From a virus, in IMG/VR virus record IMGVR_UViG_3300045988_143931, positions 96,001-160,000 of that record: 64,000 nucleotides of DNA, one strand, 5' to 3'. Below the pieces are notes generated by a model. The model was given only the letters and a program-made list of their open reading frames with translations, ran no database searches and was not told the DNA's origin. This document shows, piece by piece, positions 52,681 to 62,595 of this stretch (positions within the stretch are counted from its first letter, which is position 1; each line of letters opens with the position of its first letter). The position numbers and the translations under genes are program-made.

Positions 52681-55600
52681 TGCAAATTAAAATTCTATCA
52701 TCTTGCGGTAATACATTGTTATTTGGACAGACTGCTACTTTAGCAGTTCAATTATATGATGATAATGATAATATTATAAATGATACTTCTACTTATCATT
52801 ATGTATGGAAAAAATATCATGAAGGTCGAGAGGTTAAATGGGACGCATTTGGACAAACAATAACAATTATATCAGATGAATGTGGTAATGTGGTATATAA
52901 AGTTTTTGTTATGGATGAAAATAGTCTTACAAATTTTTCAGGAAATTTGATTACGGACAATGAAGATAATATATATACAGCATATTTTTCTTTTGATTCT
53001 ATTTTGACCGAAATATACAACGGTTCTTCTGATATACCACCATATTCTAAAGATTTAACAATAATCTTAGCTTCAAGGAATTTAAAGCTACTTGGACAAA
53101 TAGTTAATATAGATTCTGATAGTATATCTTACAAGAATTCTCTTAATGCAGCAAATGAATTGTCTTTTACTGTACATAAGAATCTTGACAATATAATTGA
53201 ACCTTTATGGGATAAGATAACCGATCTAAAATTAGCTTATGTTAAAGAGCTAAATCAATATTATCAAATATCTGTTACTATTAATGATACATCTGATGAT
53301 ATAACAAAGGTAATATCTGCTACTTCTTTATGCGAAGCGGAATTGAGTCAGAAATATATTCATAATACGGAAATCAATACAGAGAATGATATTACTAGAG
53401 ATGATTATACAATTACAAAATTTTATAGCCTTACTGATAAAAAAGCTTCTTTGTTAGATAGAATATTGTCGTTTGCTCCAAATTATAAGATTGGACATGT
53501 TGATGATACTCTTGTCGATCTACAAAGAAGTTTTTCTATTGATGGAACAAGTATATATGATTTCTTAATTGGTGATTGCTCTGAGCAATTTGGATGTTTA
53601 TTTCAATTCGATTCTACCTCAAGAACAATTAATGTATATGATTTATATACAAATTGTTTAAATCCTGAATGCGGATACCGTGGAGAATTTAATGATACTT
53701 GCCCCGAATGTGGAAATACTAATCTTTCATATTTTGGCGAAGATACTTTTATTTATATTGATAAGGACAACTTAACAGATTCTATTGAATTTACAACAGA
53801 TATTAATTCTGTAAAGAACTGTTTTAAAGTTGTGGGTGGAGACGATGATATCAACGCTGCTATTCATAATGTCAATCCTAATGGTTCAGATATTATATAT
53901 AGAATAACGGACGAACAAAAAGATGATATGTCTTCTGAACTTGTAGAGAAATTATCTGATTATGATGAATTATGTGACTTTTATAAAAGTACTTATAAAT
54001 CAATCAATATTGATATCTATAATGCTATGGATAAAATATTGTATTATACTTCATCTATGATGCCGACAGTTGAGCATGAAGAAGTTACGGCATCTACCGA
54101 AGCAGCAAAACTTACCTCTGCTAAATTAAGTCCACTAGGATTACAAAAAGTAACTACTTCTACTTCTGTTGCCACAGTGAACACGGCACTGAAGATGTTA
54201 GCAAGGGTGTTTGTTAAATCAGGATATGTCAAGGTTGAAGTTGATACAGATAACACAAATACATTTACCTATGTTGGTATAGATGAACAGCATAATCATT
54301 ATGGTACTTGGTATGGTCGATTTAAAGTTACCAATTATAGCAACGAAAAAGATATTGTATACACTAATTATATGGAAATTAAGGTATACGACTTATATGA
54401 AGAATATCTTGATCAAAAAATTAAGAAAAACATCGTAAGTAATGATAAAGATGGTGAAGGTAATCTATTCAATGTATTATCTATTGAAGACTTATCACAA
54501 TTTAAGAATGCATTAACTTATTACTGTTTGAATAGACTTACATCATTTTATTCTGCTATTGAAGGATGTATGAACATACTTATTGAAGCTGATCAAGCAA
54601 AACAAGGTGCAGATTTATATGAGAAGTTCTATTTAAAGTATTATAACATGCTTCAGGCATGTCAGGACGAAATTGATACTCGTAATGCAACAATAACCGA
54701 ATGGAATGGTAAGTATGATTCATATGTTAATCAGCGAAACATAATTCAAGATAAACTTAATTTTGAAAAGTATCTTGGTAAGGAATTATATAATGAATTT
54801 ATATCATATATTAGAGAAGATACTTATACTAATGATAATTATATATCCGATGGATTGACCAATGAAGAACTGTTAAATAAAGCCGAGGAATTGTTGAATA
54901 CGGCTAAATTAGAATTATTCAAGTCAAGTGAAAGACAACACAGTATATCTTCGACTTTGTATAATTTGTTGCAGATGAAAGAATTTTCTGAAATTATTGA
55001 TAAGTTCCAATTAGGTAATTGGATAAGAGTCAAAGTCGATAATAATATATATAGATTAAGACTTGTATCTTATGAAGTAAATAATAGTGGTATAGAAAAT
55101 ATTAATGTTGAATTTTCTGATGTTACACAAACTTTAAATGGTCAAAATGATACAAAAAGTATCATCAGTAAAGCTCAACAGATGGCTACTAATTATAGTT
55201 ATGTAAGTACTCAAGCAAAGAAAGGTGAACAAGCACAGAATTCTATTGCTTCTCTTCTTACTAATGGTTTTAATACGGCTATAACCGCAATAAAAAATGC
55301 TGATACAGAAGATATTATTATTAATAAAAATGGTATATCTGCTAGAGCATTAAATGATATAGAGTCTGCGTATGAACCTAAACAACTTAAGATTATTCAT
55401 AATATGATTGTATTCACCGAAGATAACTGGCTTACAGCTTCTACAGCGATTGGTGAGATAAAATATACATTAGACGGACAAGAGTTTTCATCTTATGGAA
55501 TAATTGCTAAGAGTATGATATCTGGAATAATAATTGCAGGACACATATATTCAGCTAATTATTCTTCTACAAATAAGACAGGGACTCATATTGATCTTGA

Positions 55601-56567
55601 CTCAGGTTCATTTTCTTTAGCTGGTGATAAGATTATTTATTCAGCAGGAGGAAATAAACTTACACTTAAAGATGTGCTTGTTGAGTATACGACTGAAGAT
55701 GATAAGGGTGAAAAAACACAAATTGTTACAGGTCTTGATACTGTTGCGATTAAGGTAGATACAATTAATTCAAAATATATCAGTACAGATAATTTTTCTG
55801 CTAAGTTTGCAGAGATAGACATTGTAAAAATTAATGAGTTGTATGCAAATTCTGCTTTTATTACTTCTCTTAATTCTTATACATCTAATTCTATTAATTC
55901 TACAGTTAATACCGAGTTTGTTAAAACTCTTATTGCTGGTCATGCTACTCTTAATGATTTATTTACAAGTAATTTTACAATAGGTTCTGATGATTGTGGT
56001 TATGTTCTTATGAACGGTTCTACAATGCAATTTAAAGACAAAAACGGTAATGTATATGTTCAGATAGGCACAGACAAATCTGGTGGACATTCTATTATTA
56101 TTAATGATAGTAATGGAACTGCTATTATGAATGGTTCAGGTATTACTGCTAATGCTATTGCAGATGGTTTAATTGTGGACAAAATGGTTAAGAAGAAAGA
56201 TACAACTTATAATGGTATCTCAGGTGATAAGCTTAATATAGATTCTGTTGTAACAAGTATTAATGAGGGTAATAAAACCATTAAATCTTCTCTCATTTAT
56301 TTTGATGAAGATAAACAAACGCTTGATACCAAATTGGGTAAAATGGTGGAAACAGACACTACGATAAGTAACAGTCTTAATACAATTAAAAATTCAGTCG
56401 ATGAGAACACCTCTGCAATTACACAAGTTACTATGTCTGCGAATGGTAATAATATATTAAGAAATTCTGATACATTGATATTTGATGATTATATAATTGG
56501 TTCAAAACTTATTGATGCAAGCAATAATATTCTTGTTGATAGAAACGGTTATATATTAGTCGGTTAA
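52680..56567 (+). CDS. tail-associated (Tal-like) minor structural protein / fibre, 1,295 aa
   Basis: Size and position after the Dit-like gene. Contains an inserted zinc ribbon CLNPECGYRGEFNDTCPECG. Repetitive beta-rich C-terminus. Confidence 0.5.
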   Translation: MQIKILSSCGNTLLFGQTATLAVQLYDDNDNIINDTSTYHYVWKKYHEGREVKWDAFGQTITIISDECGNVVYKVFVMDENSLTNFSGNLITDNEDNIYTAYFSFDSILTEIYNGSSDIPPYSKDLTIILASRNLKLLGQIVNIDSDSISYKNSLNAANELSFTVHKNLDNIIEPLWDKITDLKLAYVKELNQYYQISVTINDTSDDITKVISATSLCEAELSQKYIHNTEINTENDITRDDYTITKFYSLTDKKASLLDRILSFAPNYKIGHVDDTLVDLQRSFSIDGTSIYDFLIGDCSEQFGCLFQFDSTSRTINVYDLYTNCLNPECGYRGEFNDTCPECGNTNLSYFGEDTFIYIDKDNLTDSIEFTTDINSVKNCFKVVGGDDDINAAIHNVNPNGSDIIYRITDEQKDDMSSELVEKLSDYDELCDFYKSTYKSINIDIYNAMDKILYYTSSMMPTVEHEEVTASTEAAKLTSAKLSPLGLQKVTTSTSVATVNTALKMLARVFVKSGYVKVEVDTDNTNTFTYVGIDEQHNHYGTWYGRFKVTNYSNEKDIVYTNYMEIKVYDLYEEYLDQKIKKNIVSNDKDGEGNLFNVLSIEDLSQFKNALTYYCLNRLTSFYSAIEGCMNILIEADQAKQGADLYEKFYLKYYNMLQACQDEIDTRNATITEWNGKYDSYVNQRNIIQDKLNFEKYLGKELYNEFISYIREDTYTNDNYISDGLTNEELLNKAEELLNTAKLELFKSSERQHSISSTLYNLLQMKEFSEIIDKFQLGNWIRVKVDNNIYRLRLVSYEVNNSGIENINVEFSDVTQTLNGQNDTKSIISKAQQMATNYSYVSTQAKKGEQAQNSIASLLTNGFNTAITAIKNADTEDIIINKNGISARALNDIESAYEPKQLKIIHNMIVFTEDNWLTASTAIGEIKYTLDGQEFSSYGIIAKSMISGIIIAGHIYSANYSSTNKTGTHIDLDSGSFSLAGDKIIYSAGGNKLTLKDVLVEYTTEDDKGEKTQIVTGLDTVAIKVDTINSKYISTDNFSAKFAEIDIVKINELYANSAFITSLNSYTSNSINSTVNTEFVKTLIAGHATLNDLFTSNFTIGSDDCGYVLMNGSTMQFKDKNGNVYVQIGTDKSGGHSIIINDSNGTAIMNGSGITANAIADGLIVDKMVKKKDTTYNGISGDKLNIDSVVTSINEGNKTIKSSLIYFDEDKQTLDTKLGKMVETDTTISNSLNTIKNSVDENTSAITQVTMSANGNNILRNSDTLIFDDYIIGSKLIDASNNILVDRNGYILVG

Positions 56568-56570
56568 TTA

Positions 56571-56601
56571 AGGGCTGAGAAATCAGCTCTTTTATTTTTT
56601 T
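56571..56601 (+). terminator. intrinsic terminator
   Basis: AGGGCTGA-GAAA-TCAGCTCT followed by TTTATTTTTTT. Confidence 0.7.
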
Positions 56602-56624
56602 AAAGAAAGGAAATAAAAAAAAAT

Positions 56625-57476
56625 ATGGCAAATAAAAAAATAACAGATGCTACTCAGATAAGCACTATGTCTGGTAGTGATAAATTATTCGTTAATTCAG
56701 GTGATGATTTAAAGCAAATCACACTAGATCAAGCTGTCGCAGCATCAACACCAGTTCAACAACTAAACAACAATATAGAATTTTCCACTTTGGTAAAAAA
56801 AGCAAAAAATTTAGAACCAAACACAGACTTAAATACCATAACTACATCTGGAATATATTATCTTCTAAACGCAGAAACATGGGGCAATGCTCCAAATACC
56901 AAAGTAACAAATAGTTATCTTATAGTGATTGCGGTTAACACAAAAAGATGTACACAGATACTTCTTCCCGGAAATGACACTGCAATTTACATTCGTTCTA
57001 CTTATACTGATAACACACTTTGGACTAATTGGAAATCTAATAATACAGACATAGAAATAAAAAACTGTTTTTGCAAAAATATTGCAAGTGTAGATGGTAC
57101 TCTTGAAGGTTATGGCTATAATTATTGTTATTATAATAAATCTACTAAAATAGGAATATTACACTTTGCGTCTCGAATTGAAACACCAGATTCTACATTA
57201 AATAATTTTTCTGGCTATTATGATGTGACAACAGTTCTTGAAAATATGGGTATTACTAGCTTTAATAAAATATTGGAAAGCAATTATACTCCATACGATT
57301 CCACAGGTGTAGTTCGAGCAAAGTTGATAGGCTATGGAACAACATTATTATATAGCTCTGCAAGTCAACATTATGCTTTTGCTCGATATTATACAAAAGA
57401 TGGAGAGAAAGGCGCATGGGCAACAAGCGAATTCCAAAAGGGTGATTATATTACAGGTTCGCTTATATTTAGTTAA
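56625..57476 (+). CDS. hypothetical tail-tip/receptor-binding candidate (283 aa)
   Basis: Last plus-strand late gene. Followed by terminator GGAGAAT...ATTCTCC plus TTTTTT at ~57560-57596. Confidence 0.35.
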   Translation: MANKKITDATQISTMSGSDKLFVNSGDDLKQITLDQAVAASTPVQQLNNNIEFSTLVKKAKNLEPNTDLNTITTSGIYYLLNAETWGNAPNTKVTNSYLIVIAVNTKRCTQILLPGNDTAIYIRSTYTDNTLWTNWKSNNTDIEIKNCFCKNIASVDGTLEGYGYNYCYYNKSTKIGILHFASRIETPDSTLNNFSGYYDVTTVLENMGITSFNKILESNYTPYDSTGVVRAKLIGYGTTLLYSSASQHYAFARYYTKDGEKGAWATSEFQKGDYITGSLIFS

Positions 57477-57879
57477 CTTTCAGAGACTGCTTTAGTAATT
57501 ACACCATCGTATTTAATATTATTACTGTTTAATTGTAATATTTATATTTCTTTTCAATAGGAGAATCTTTAATTGCATTCTCCAATTTTTTACAAAAAAC
57601 TTCACATGAAATACCGATTTCTTAATACAGCTATATACAAGGGGTAAATCGCTTGTATTTGACCAAATTAAGGCTTTTATATAATTATATGATAAATTGA
57701 CGGTGTATTTTATATTTAAGTCAATTTGAGCCATATATAAGCGATTTTATATAGGCGTATAGACATAAACAAAAAATTTTTTAGGGAACATTCCTGGTTA
57801 TATTAATCAGAAGTGTTCCCTATTTTTTACGATTTTAATATGGTATAATTATTTCAGTTGATATTTGTGGAGGTATATT

Positions 57880-58110
57880 ATGAAAGAGGGAATTGAAGCT
57901 TATATTATTGAGAGTAATTTGAAGGTTAGAAAGGTAACTGTCGCTCATGTTACTGGTAATCTTGCTACTGTACGATTTGAAGAAGGCGGTGGAATCAGAG
58001 TGCCTATTAATAGACTATATGGATCTGAAGAGGAAGCCACAAAGGAATTAAGATATAAAACCGAAATAAAAAAACCGCCTCATAATTATTTAAATGGACA
58101 ATTATTATAA
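57880..58110 (+). CDS. small hypothetical protein (76 aa)
   Basis: ATG 57880 after GTGGAGG. TGgTATAAT extended -10 at 57840-57848. Terminator at ~58120-58152. Confidence 0.45.
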   Translation: MKEGIEAYIIESNLKVRKVTVAHVTGNLATVRFEEGGGIRVPINRLYGSEEEATKELRYKTEIKKPPHNYLNGQLL

Positions 58111-58287
58111 AAAAATTTAAAGGAGATGTATTTTATTATACACCTCCTTTTTCTTAAAATGTAGAATGTAGACAAATTTGGAGTAAATCTACATTCTGTT
58201 TAATTCAATATATAAGATTCGAACTTATATTTTAAACACCGACTGTTTATTGACTTAGATAAAAATATAATTATACTACCCTTATTT

Positions 58288-58514
58288 TTGACGACACTTT
58301 TGACGACACTTTTTTCGTACTATGACGACCTAAAACGGTCTAAAATGATACTTTTTGAAAATCCTCAATCTTCTAAGTCCGCATAAACACTGGATTTCTG
58401 TGGTGTTGTAGTAATGGACTAGAGGGGAGTCGAACCTTTCGTCAAACTCTTGTATCCCTTGATTTTACTGACTTCCCAATGTATTATTTTGTTTTGACGA
58501 CACTTTGACGACAC
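58288..58514. other. attP: attP-like recombination region: 2+2 direct TTGACGACAC arm repeats flanking a tRNA 3'-end-like core
   Basis: TTGACGACAC at 58288-58297, 58300-58309, 58494-58503 and 58505-58514, plus degenerate ATGACGACC at 58322-58330. Minus-strand GGTTCGACTCCCCTCTAGTCCA (58436-58415) looks like a tRNA T-arm and acceptor 3' half. Immediately 3' of int. Confidence 0.6.
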
Positions 58515-58517
58515 TAT

Positions 58518-59714
58518 TTAGCAAACTTTTACCATATTCATTGCTATTGCTTCTTGCTCTTTAATTACATGAATATACTTATTATATGTGATGGTTATAT
58601 TAGCATGTCCTAATAGCTTACTTACAACTTCAATTCCTACACCATTTCTTAATAATGTTGAACCAAATGTGTGTCTTAAAGTGTGTAATGTTATATGTTC
58701 GTCCGATTTAATATTTCGTGTTAATCTATCAAGACTACGTTGAAGATTCCTTGCACATTGTCTTGTGTTATTTTTACAACAACAAAAATAATCACTATTT
58801 ATGTTGTTTCTTTTGTCGTATTGTTTTAGTTCTTGAATATAATACAAAGTATTTTCGTTAAGTTTTAGATATCTTTCACCTGCAACAGTTTTTGTGGAAT
58901 TTTTTAAAGCTAAACTCTGTTTTTTACATTGCGAATCTAATGCAACTTTTGTCTGTATTGTTTTATTAATTTTAACTATATTATTTTTAAAATTAAAATC
59001 ATCCCATGTTAATGCAAGTACCTCGCCTGTTCTCAACCCTAGATTCAACATAATAATTAAAACTAAGAAGTCTCTTCCTTTATATTCATCTATCGTTTTG
59101 TATTTGGATACAGCTTCTTTTTTAAATTGTTCTAACTGGTTATCTGTTAGAGAAAACTGTTCTTTAGTTTTAATAACAAGATAACTTTCTGTCGGTAGTT
59201 TAATGTCACTACATGGATTGTTAAATATAATTTTTTCTTTAATTGCTGTTTCGAAACATGGGTTTAATAATTGTATGATTTTTTTTAATCCAGACAAAGC
59301 CAATGGTTTTTTTCCTGATTTTAATGGAGGATTGGCAAATTCCTTAATAAAAACATCTATGTCTTGTGATGTAATATCACAGATATATTTATTGCCGATA
59401 TAAGGTTTAATTTGATGTTGATAAACACTGTATAACCTAGTGTAACTAGAGCCTTCAATTGTTCCAAATTTATAATTACTTAGCCAATATTCTACATAAT
59501 CATTCAGCTTGATTTTTTTTGTTTCTTTAAACCCATTATTAATTTTTTGAAGATAGGATTTAACCTTATTTTTTACTTCTACTTTTGTATTACCATAAAA
59601 GCTTTTTCTAATACCATTGATTGTAATTTTAGCCTCAAACCTATCATCTTTTCGTTGCATTATATTCATATTATTAATAGTTGCCGATATATTGATACTA
59701 TTTATAATTATCAC
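58518..59714 (-). CDS. int: tyrosine integrase
   Basis: 398 aa. GLRTGEVLALTWDDF (Arg), TLHTLRHTFGSTLL (H-x-x-R), LLGHANITITYNKYIH (His...Tyr). N-terminal SAM-like/arm-binding region. The start codon is ambiguous: GTG 59714 is 1 nt from AAAGG. Confidence 0.85.
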   Translation of the reverse strand: MIIINSINISATINNMNIMQRKDDRFEAKITINGIRKSFYGNTKVEVKNKVKSYLQKINNGFKETKKIKLNDYVEYWLSNYKFGTIEGSSYTRLYSVYQHQIKPYIGNKYICDITSQDIDVFIKEFANPPLKSGKKPLALSGLKKIIQLLNPCFETAIKEKIIFNNPCSDIKLPTESYLVIKTKEQFSLTDNQLEQFKKEAVSKYKTIDEYKGRDFLVLIIMLNLGLRTGEVLALTWDDFNFKNNIVKINKTIQTKVALDSQCKKQSLALKNSTKTVAGERYLKLNENTLYYIQELKQYDKRNNINSDYFCCCKNNTRQCARNLQRSLDRLTRNIKSDEHITLHTLRHTFGSTLLRNGVGIEVVSKLLGHANITITYNKYIHVIKEQEAIAMNMVKVC

Positions 59715-59790
59715 ACCTTTCTTTTACATCAATATAAGGGCAGTACAATTATGAGTTAATCATAATATGTCTGCCCTATTTTTTCAATGA

Positions 59791-59976
59791 TTAATAATAT
59801 ATTTCTTCATTGATATGTTCCTTGATCCATTCTTCTAATATAGAAAATGTTGTTATATAATCATTGCCAATTTTCATTAATGGTAATTCTCCTGATTTTA
59901 TTAGTTGTTTTATCTTAGTTTTTCCAAAAGGAAGAATGTCATATAAATCTTTTTGGCTTAAAACCTTATTTTCCAT
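59791..59976 (-). CDS. xis: excisionase-family / MerR-like HTH DNA-binding protein
   Basis: 61 aa. LSQKDLYDILPFGKTKIKQLIKSGELPLMKIGNDYI fits the HTH_17 excisionase pattern. Adjacent to int. Confidence 0.6.
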   Translation of the reverse strand: MENKVLSQKDLYDILPFGKTKIKQLIKSGELPLMKIGNDYITTFSILEEWIKEHINEEIYY

Positions 59977-59978
59977 AT

Positions 59979-60428
59979 TTATGCCTTTCCTGAACTACCA
60001 AAGCCACCATTTCCTCTAACTGTATCACTGAGATTTTCTTTCACATTAAATCCAAACTGTTCTACTGGCTGAATAATAATCTGTGCAATTCTATCACCTT
60101 CAGATACCGTTCTTACTTCATTACTCTGATTATATAGTGCAACCATAATATTACCTCGATAGTCTGAATCAATCACTCCGACCTTATTGGCAGGAGCTAA
60201 ACCCTGTTTACAAGCTAATCCGCTTCTGGCATAAATAAGACCGACATATCCTTCTGGAATCTCCATAGCAATCCCAGTATCAACAAAAGCTGTTTCGCCA
60301 GGAAGAATCTCTACCTTATTTTCTTCATTATGTATTACCGCATATAAATCTGCGCCTGCTGCAAATTCACTACCATATGTAGGGATTTTTGCATTCTCAT
60401 CTGTTTTCTTAATATTAATTATTTTCAT
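59979..60428 (-). CDS. dut: dUTP diphosphatase (trimeric dUTPase)
   Basis: All five motifs in order: AAGADLYA, GLIYARSGLA, GVIDSDYRGNI, DRIAQ, RGNGGFGSSG. Confidence 0.9.
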   Translation of the reverse strand: MKIINIKKTDENAKIPTYGSEFAAGADLYAVIHNEENKVEILPGETAFVDTGIAMEIPEGYVGLIYARSGLACKQGLAPANKVGVIDSDYRGNIMVALYNQSNEVRTVSEGDRIAQIIIQPVEQFGFNVKENLSDTVRGNGGFGSSGKA

Positions 60429-60744
60429 ACGCTTTTAAAATTCCTTTCTTTATAAGTTTTATAATCTCTGTGTTAATATTCTCTGTTATTATCCTATTCA
60501 CTTTACTATTTGTTTCATTATAGTATGGATAATATGTAGAGCCTTCTGATTGAATATCATAAGTAAAAATATTTTCTTCCATATTTATATAAAAATACGC
60601 ATATATGGTTGTTTTATCGTTCCATTTATATACTGGAACATATAATCTATAATCACCATTTTCCTTATATCTAAATCCGTAATCAAGCAACTTATTTTTG
60701 GTTACAGATTTATTCACTTTAATTCTTCTTACTTCACCCATCAT
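60415..60744 (-). CDS. hypothetical protein (109 aa)
   Basis: ORF track. Overlaps neighbours by a few nt (operon packing). Confidence 0.45.
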   Translation of the reverse strand: MMGEVRRIKVNKSVTKNKLLDYGFRYKENGDYRLYVPVYKWNDKTTIYAYFYINMEENIFTYDIQSEGSTYYPYYNETNSKVNRIITENINTEIIKLIKKGILKAYENN

Positions 60745-61334
60745 TACATCTCCTTAATTTCATTTTCAAGATATTTGAGATATTCGTCCCATTTGCCAAT
60801 CATGTAGATATATTCCTTACCCTTGACACATTTAAGTCTCATATCTGCTTTAATATTCTCCCACGGAGTCTTTTTTGTAACTAAAGTTTGTAAGTAAGAA
60901 TGTGTCATTCTACTTAGGGTTAAAAGCTCCTCAGGAGGAATTTTAGACACGATTTCTTTGTACTGTGTCAATTTATCATCTGGTATTTTAAAATTAGATT
61001 TTGGGAGATTTTTGGATGAAAAAGGACTTATTTGAGAGCCTGATGTTCTTGGTTTTAGTAAAGGAATAACCTTGTCTGAATTGACATATTTGAACTTAAA
61101 TAGAATTTCAGAATCCGTTTCTTCAATGTCAAATATAAGAGACGGATCAGATTGCTGAATTATTTTAATAATATTATGTCCTCTTATTAAAGAAGGAATA
61201 TATGTTTGTAAAGTATTATGTCCATAATAGAATACCTTGTTGCCATATTGACAAGATATATAACAATCAATATCTTCTAATGTGCCATTGAGCTTACGAT
61301 TAAAATCGTTTGTATCTTTATTTACAGGACACAA
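60744..61334 (-). CDS. hypothetical protein (196 aa)
   Basis: ORF track. Confidence 0.45.
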   Translation of the reverse strand: MCPVNKDTNDFNRKLNGTLEDIDCYISCQYGNKVFYYGHNTLQTYIPSLIRGHNIIKIIQQSDPSLIFDIEETDSEILFKFKYVNSDKVIPLLKPRTSGSQISPFSSKNLPKSNFKIPDDKLTQYKEIVSKIPPEELLTLSRMTHSYLQTLVTKKTPWENIKADMRLKCVKGKEYIYMIGKWDEYLKYLENEIKEM

Positions 61335-61394
61335 GATTCTATATTTTCCTTTAAACCTATCATATAAATATCCTATAGTTGTTCACCTCTCTTA

Positions 61395-61670
61395 TTAATA
61401 CTCTTCATATTCTTGTTCATCACTTATTTTAGGTGCATTTTTCTCAGCTTCTAAGACAGTATCTAAACACTCTTGTCTTGTCTTAAATATTGTCTTATCT
61501 AGCTTATTGTAAGAAAATAGATAAGCATGTTTATCACGCTTATCTGTTCCAACGAAGTAATCATCTCTAACTGTCCTTACATATAGGTCACATACTTCAT
61601 ATATTCCTACTGGCTTAAGCATCCGAGCATAATAGACCATTTTACCTTTTTGAATATCTGTTTTGTTCAT
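61395..61670 (-). CDS. hypothetical protein (91 aa)
   Basis: ORF track. AGAGGTGAAC upstream on the minus strand. Confidence 0.45.
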   Translation of the reverse strand: MNKTDIQKGKMVYYARMLKPVGIYEVCDLYVRTVRDDYFVGTDKRDKHAYLFSYNKLDKTIFKTRQECLDTVLEAEKNAPKISDEQEYEEY

Positions 61671-62017
61671 TATTTTTCCTTACCACCATTTTTTACAAAT
61701 TCTAATGCATTATAAATACCTACCGCATATCCTTTAACACGATCAAACTGCAAAGGATTTTCTTTAACAGTTCTTTCCTCTACATCTTCAGCAAGCTTTA
61801 ACTCTTTTTTTAATCTTTCAATAACCCTTTTATGGCTTTCGAGTGACTGTATTGCTGATTCAATAGCTTCAATATGTTCACCTGTAGTTCCCTGCATATA
61901 ACATAAATCGCAGTTGTCACACTTCTTATTATTACAATCTTCATGAACACCCTTAACCTGTCTTTTCTGGCATTTAAGATATGCTTTTAATTTTTCTAAC
62001 GCTTCTTTATCATTCAT
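61670..62017 (-). CDS. hypothetical protein (115 aa) with CxxC pair
   Basis: ORF track. CDNCDLC motif. Confidence 0.45.
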   Translation of the reverse strand: MNDKEALEKLKAYLKCQKRQVKGVHEDCNNKKCDNCDLCYMQGTTGEHIEAIESAIQSLESHKRVIERLKKELKLAEDVEERTVKENPLQFDRVKGYAVGIYNALEFVKNGGKEK

Positions 62018-62042
62018 AATTATTCTTTAATTACTCCTTAAA

Positions 62043-62594
62043 TTAATCACAATATAAAACCATTTTATTCTGAGCGAGAGACTGTTTTACATCAATCACT
62101 CGTTGGTTTTTTGAACCTCTGAATTTTAATGATAGGTCTTTCTGCTCATCTATATATTCTCCATCAACAAGTACATCTACATTGGAAATTATCTCCCATC
62201 GTGTAAGCCACTCATCTGCATTTGCTGCAAATGGAGTATATTTATATTCATTATATTTGGAATTTAAAAGATCAAAATTATATCCTGTATACAACCAGAT
62301 AGTTTTCTCAGGAAAGGAATTACGGATTAGTTTGATTAGAGATAAGATTTCATCTAGATTCTGTTCAGCTAAACACTCACCACCAAGGAAAGATATTCGC
62401 TTAATATATGGTCTATTAATAAGTTTTATGAATTTGTCTTTTGCTTTTTCTGTCCATTCCTTACCGCCATTAAAGTCCCATGTATCAGAATTAAAACAAC
62501 CAAAACAGTGAAATGGGCAACCTTGAACGAAGAGGGAGACTCCTACTCCCTCTCCATTAGAAATATCAAGGTTACGCATACTTGAATATCTCAT
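62043..62594 (-). CDS. nrdG: anaerobic ribonucleotide reductase activating protein (radical SAM)
   Basis: ATG 62594 after GAGGAGGA. VSLFVQGCPFHCFGCFN carries the CxxxCxxC cluster of NrdG-type activases. Directly downstream of nrdD. Confidence 0.85.
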   Translation of the reverse strand: MRYSSMRNLDISNGEGVGVSLFVQGCPFHCFGCFNSDTWDFNGGKEWTEKAKDKFIKLINRPYIKRISFLGGECLAEQNLDEILSLIKLIRNSFPEKTIWLYTGYNFDLLNSKYNEYKYTPFAANADEWLTRWEIISNVDVLVDGEYIDEQKDLSLKFRGSKNQRVIDVKQSLAQNKMVLYCD

Positions 62595-62595
62595 A

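Noticed and set aside
57522-57734. 70-aa minus-strand ORF in the spacer after the last tail gene
   Set aside because: It spans the plus-strand terminator hairpin at ~57560-57596. It has no SD and an Ile/Lys/Asn-rich junk-like translation.
58415-58436. A seventh, minus-strand tRNA gene next to the integrase
   Set aside because: Only the T-loop, the 3' T-stem strand and the 3' acceptor strand are present. The 5' T-stem partner (GAAAGG) does not pair, and no GGACTAG acceptor 5' strand or anticodon arm lies upstream. It is interpreted as the attP core instead.
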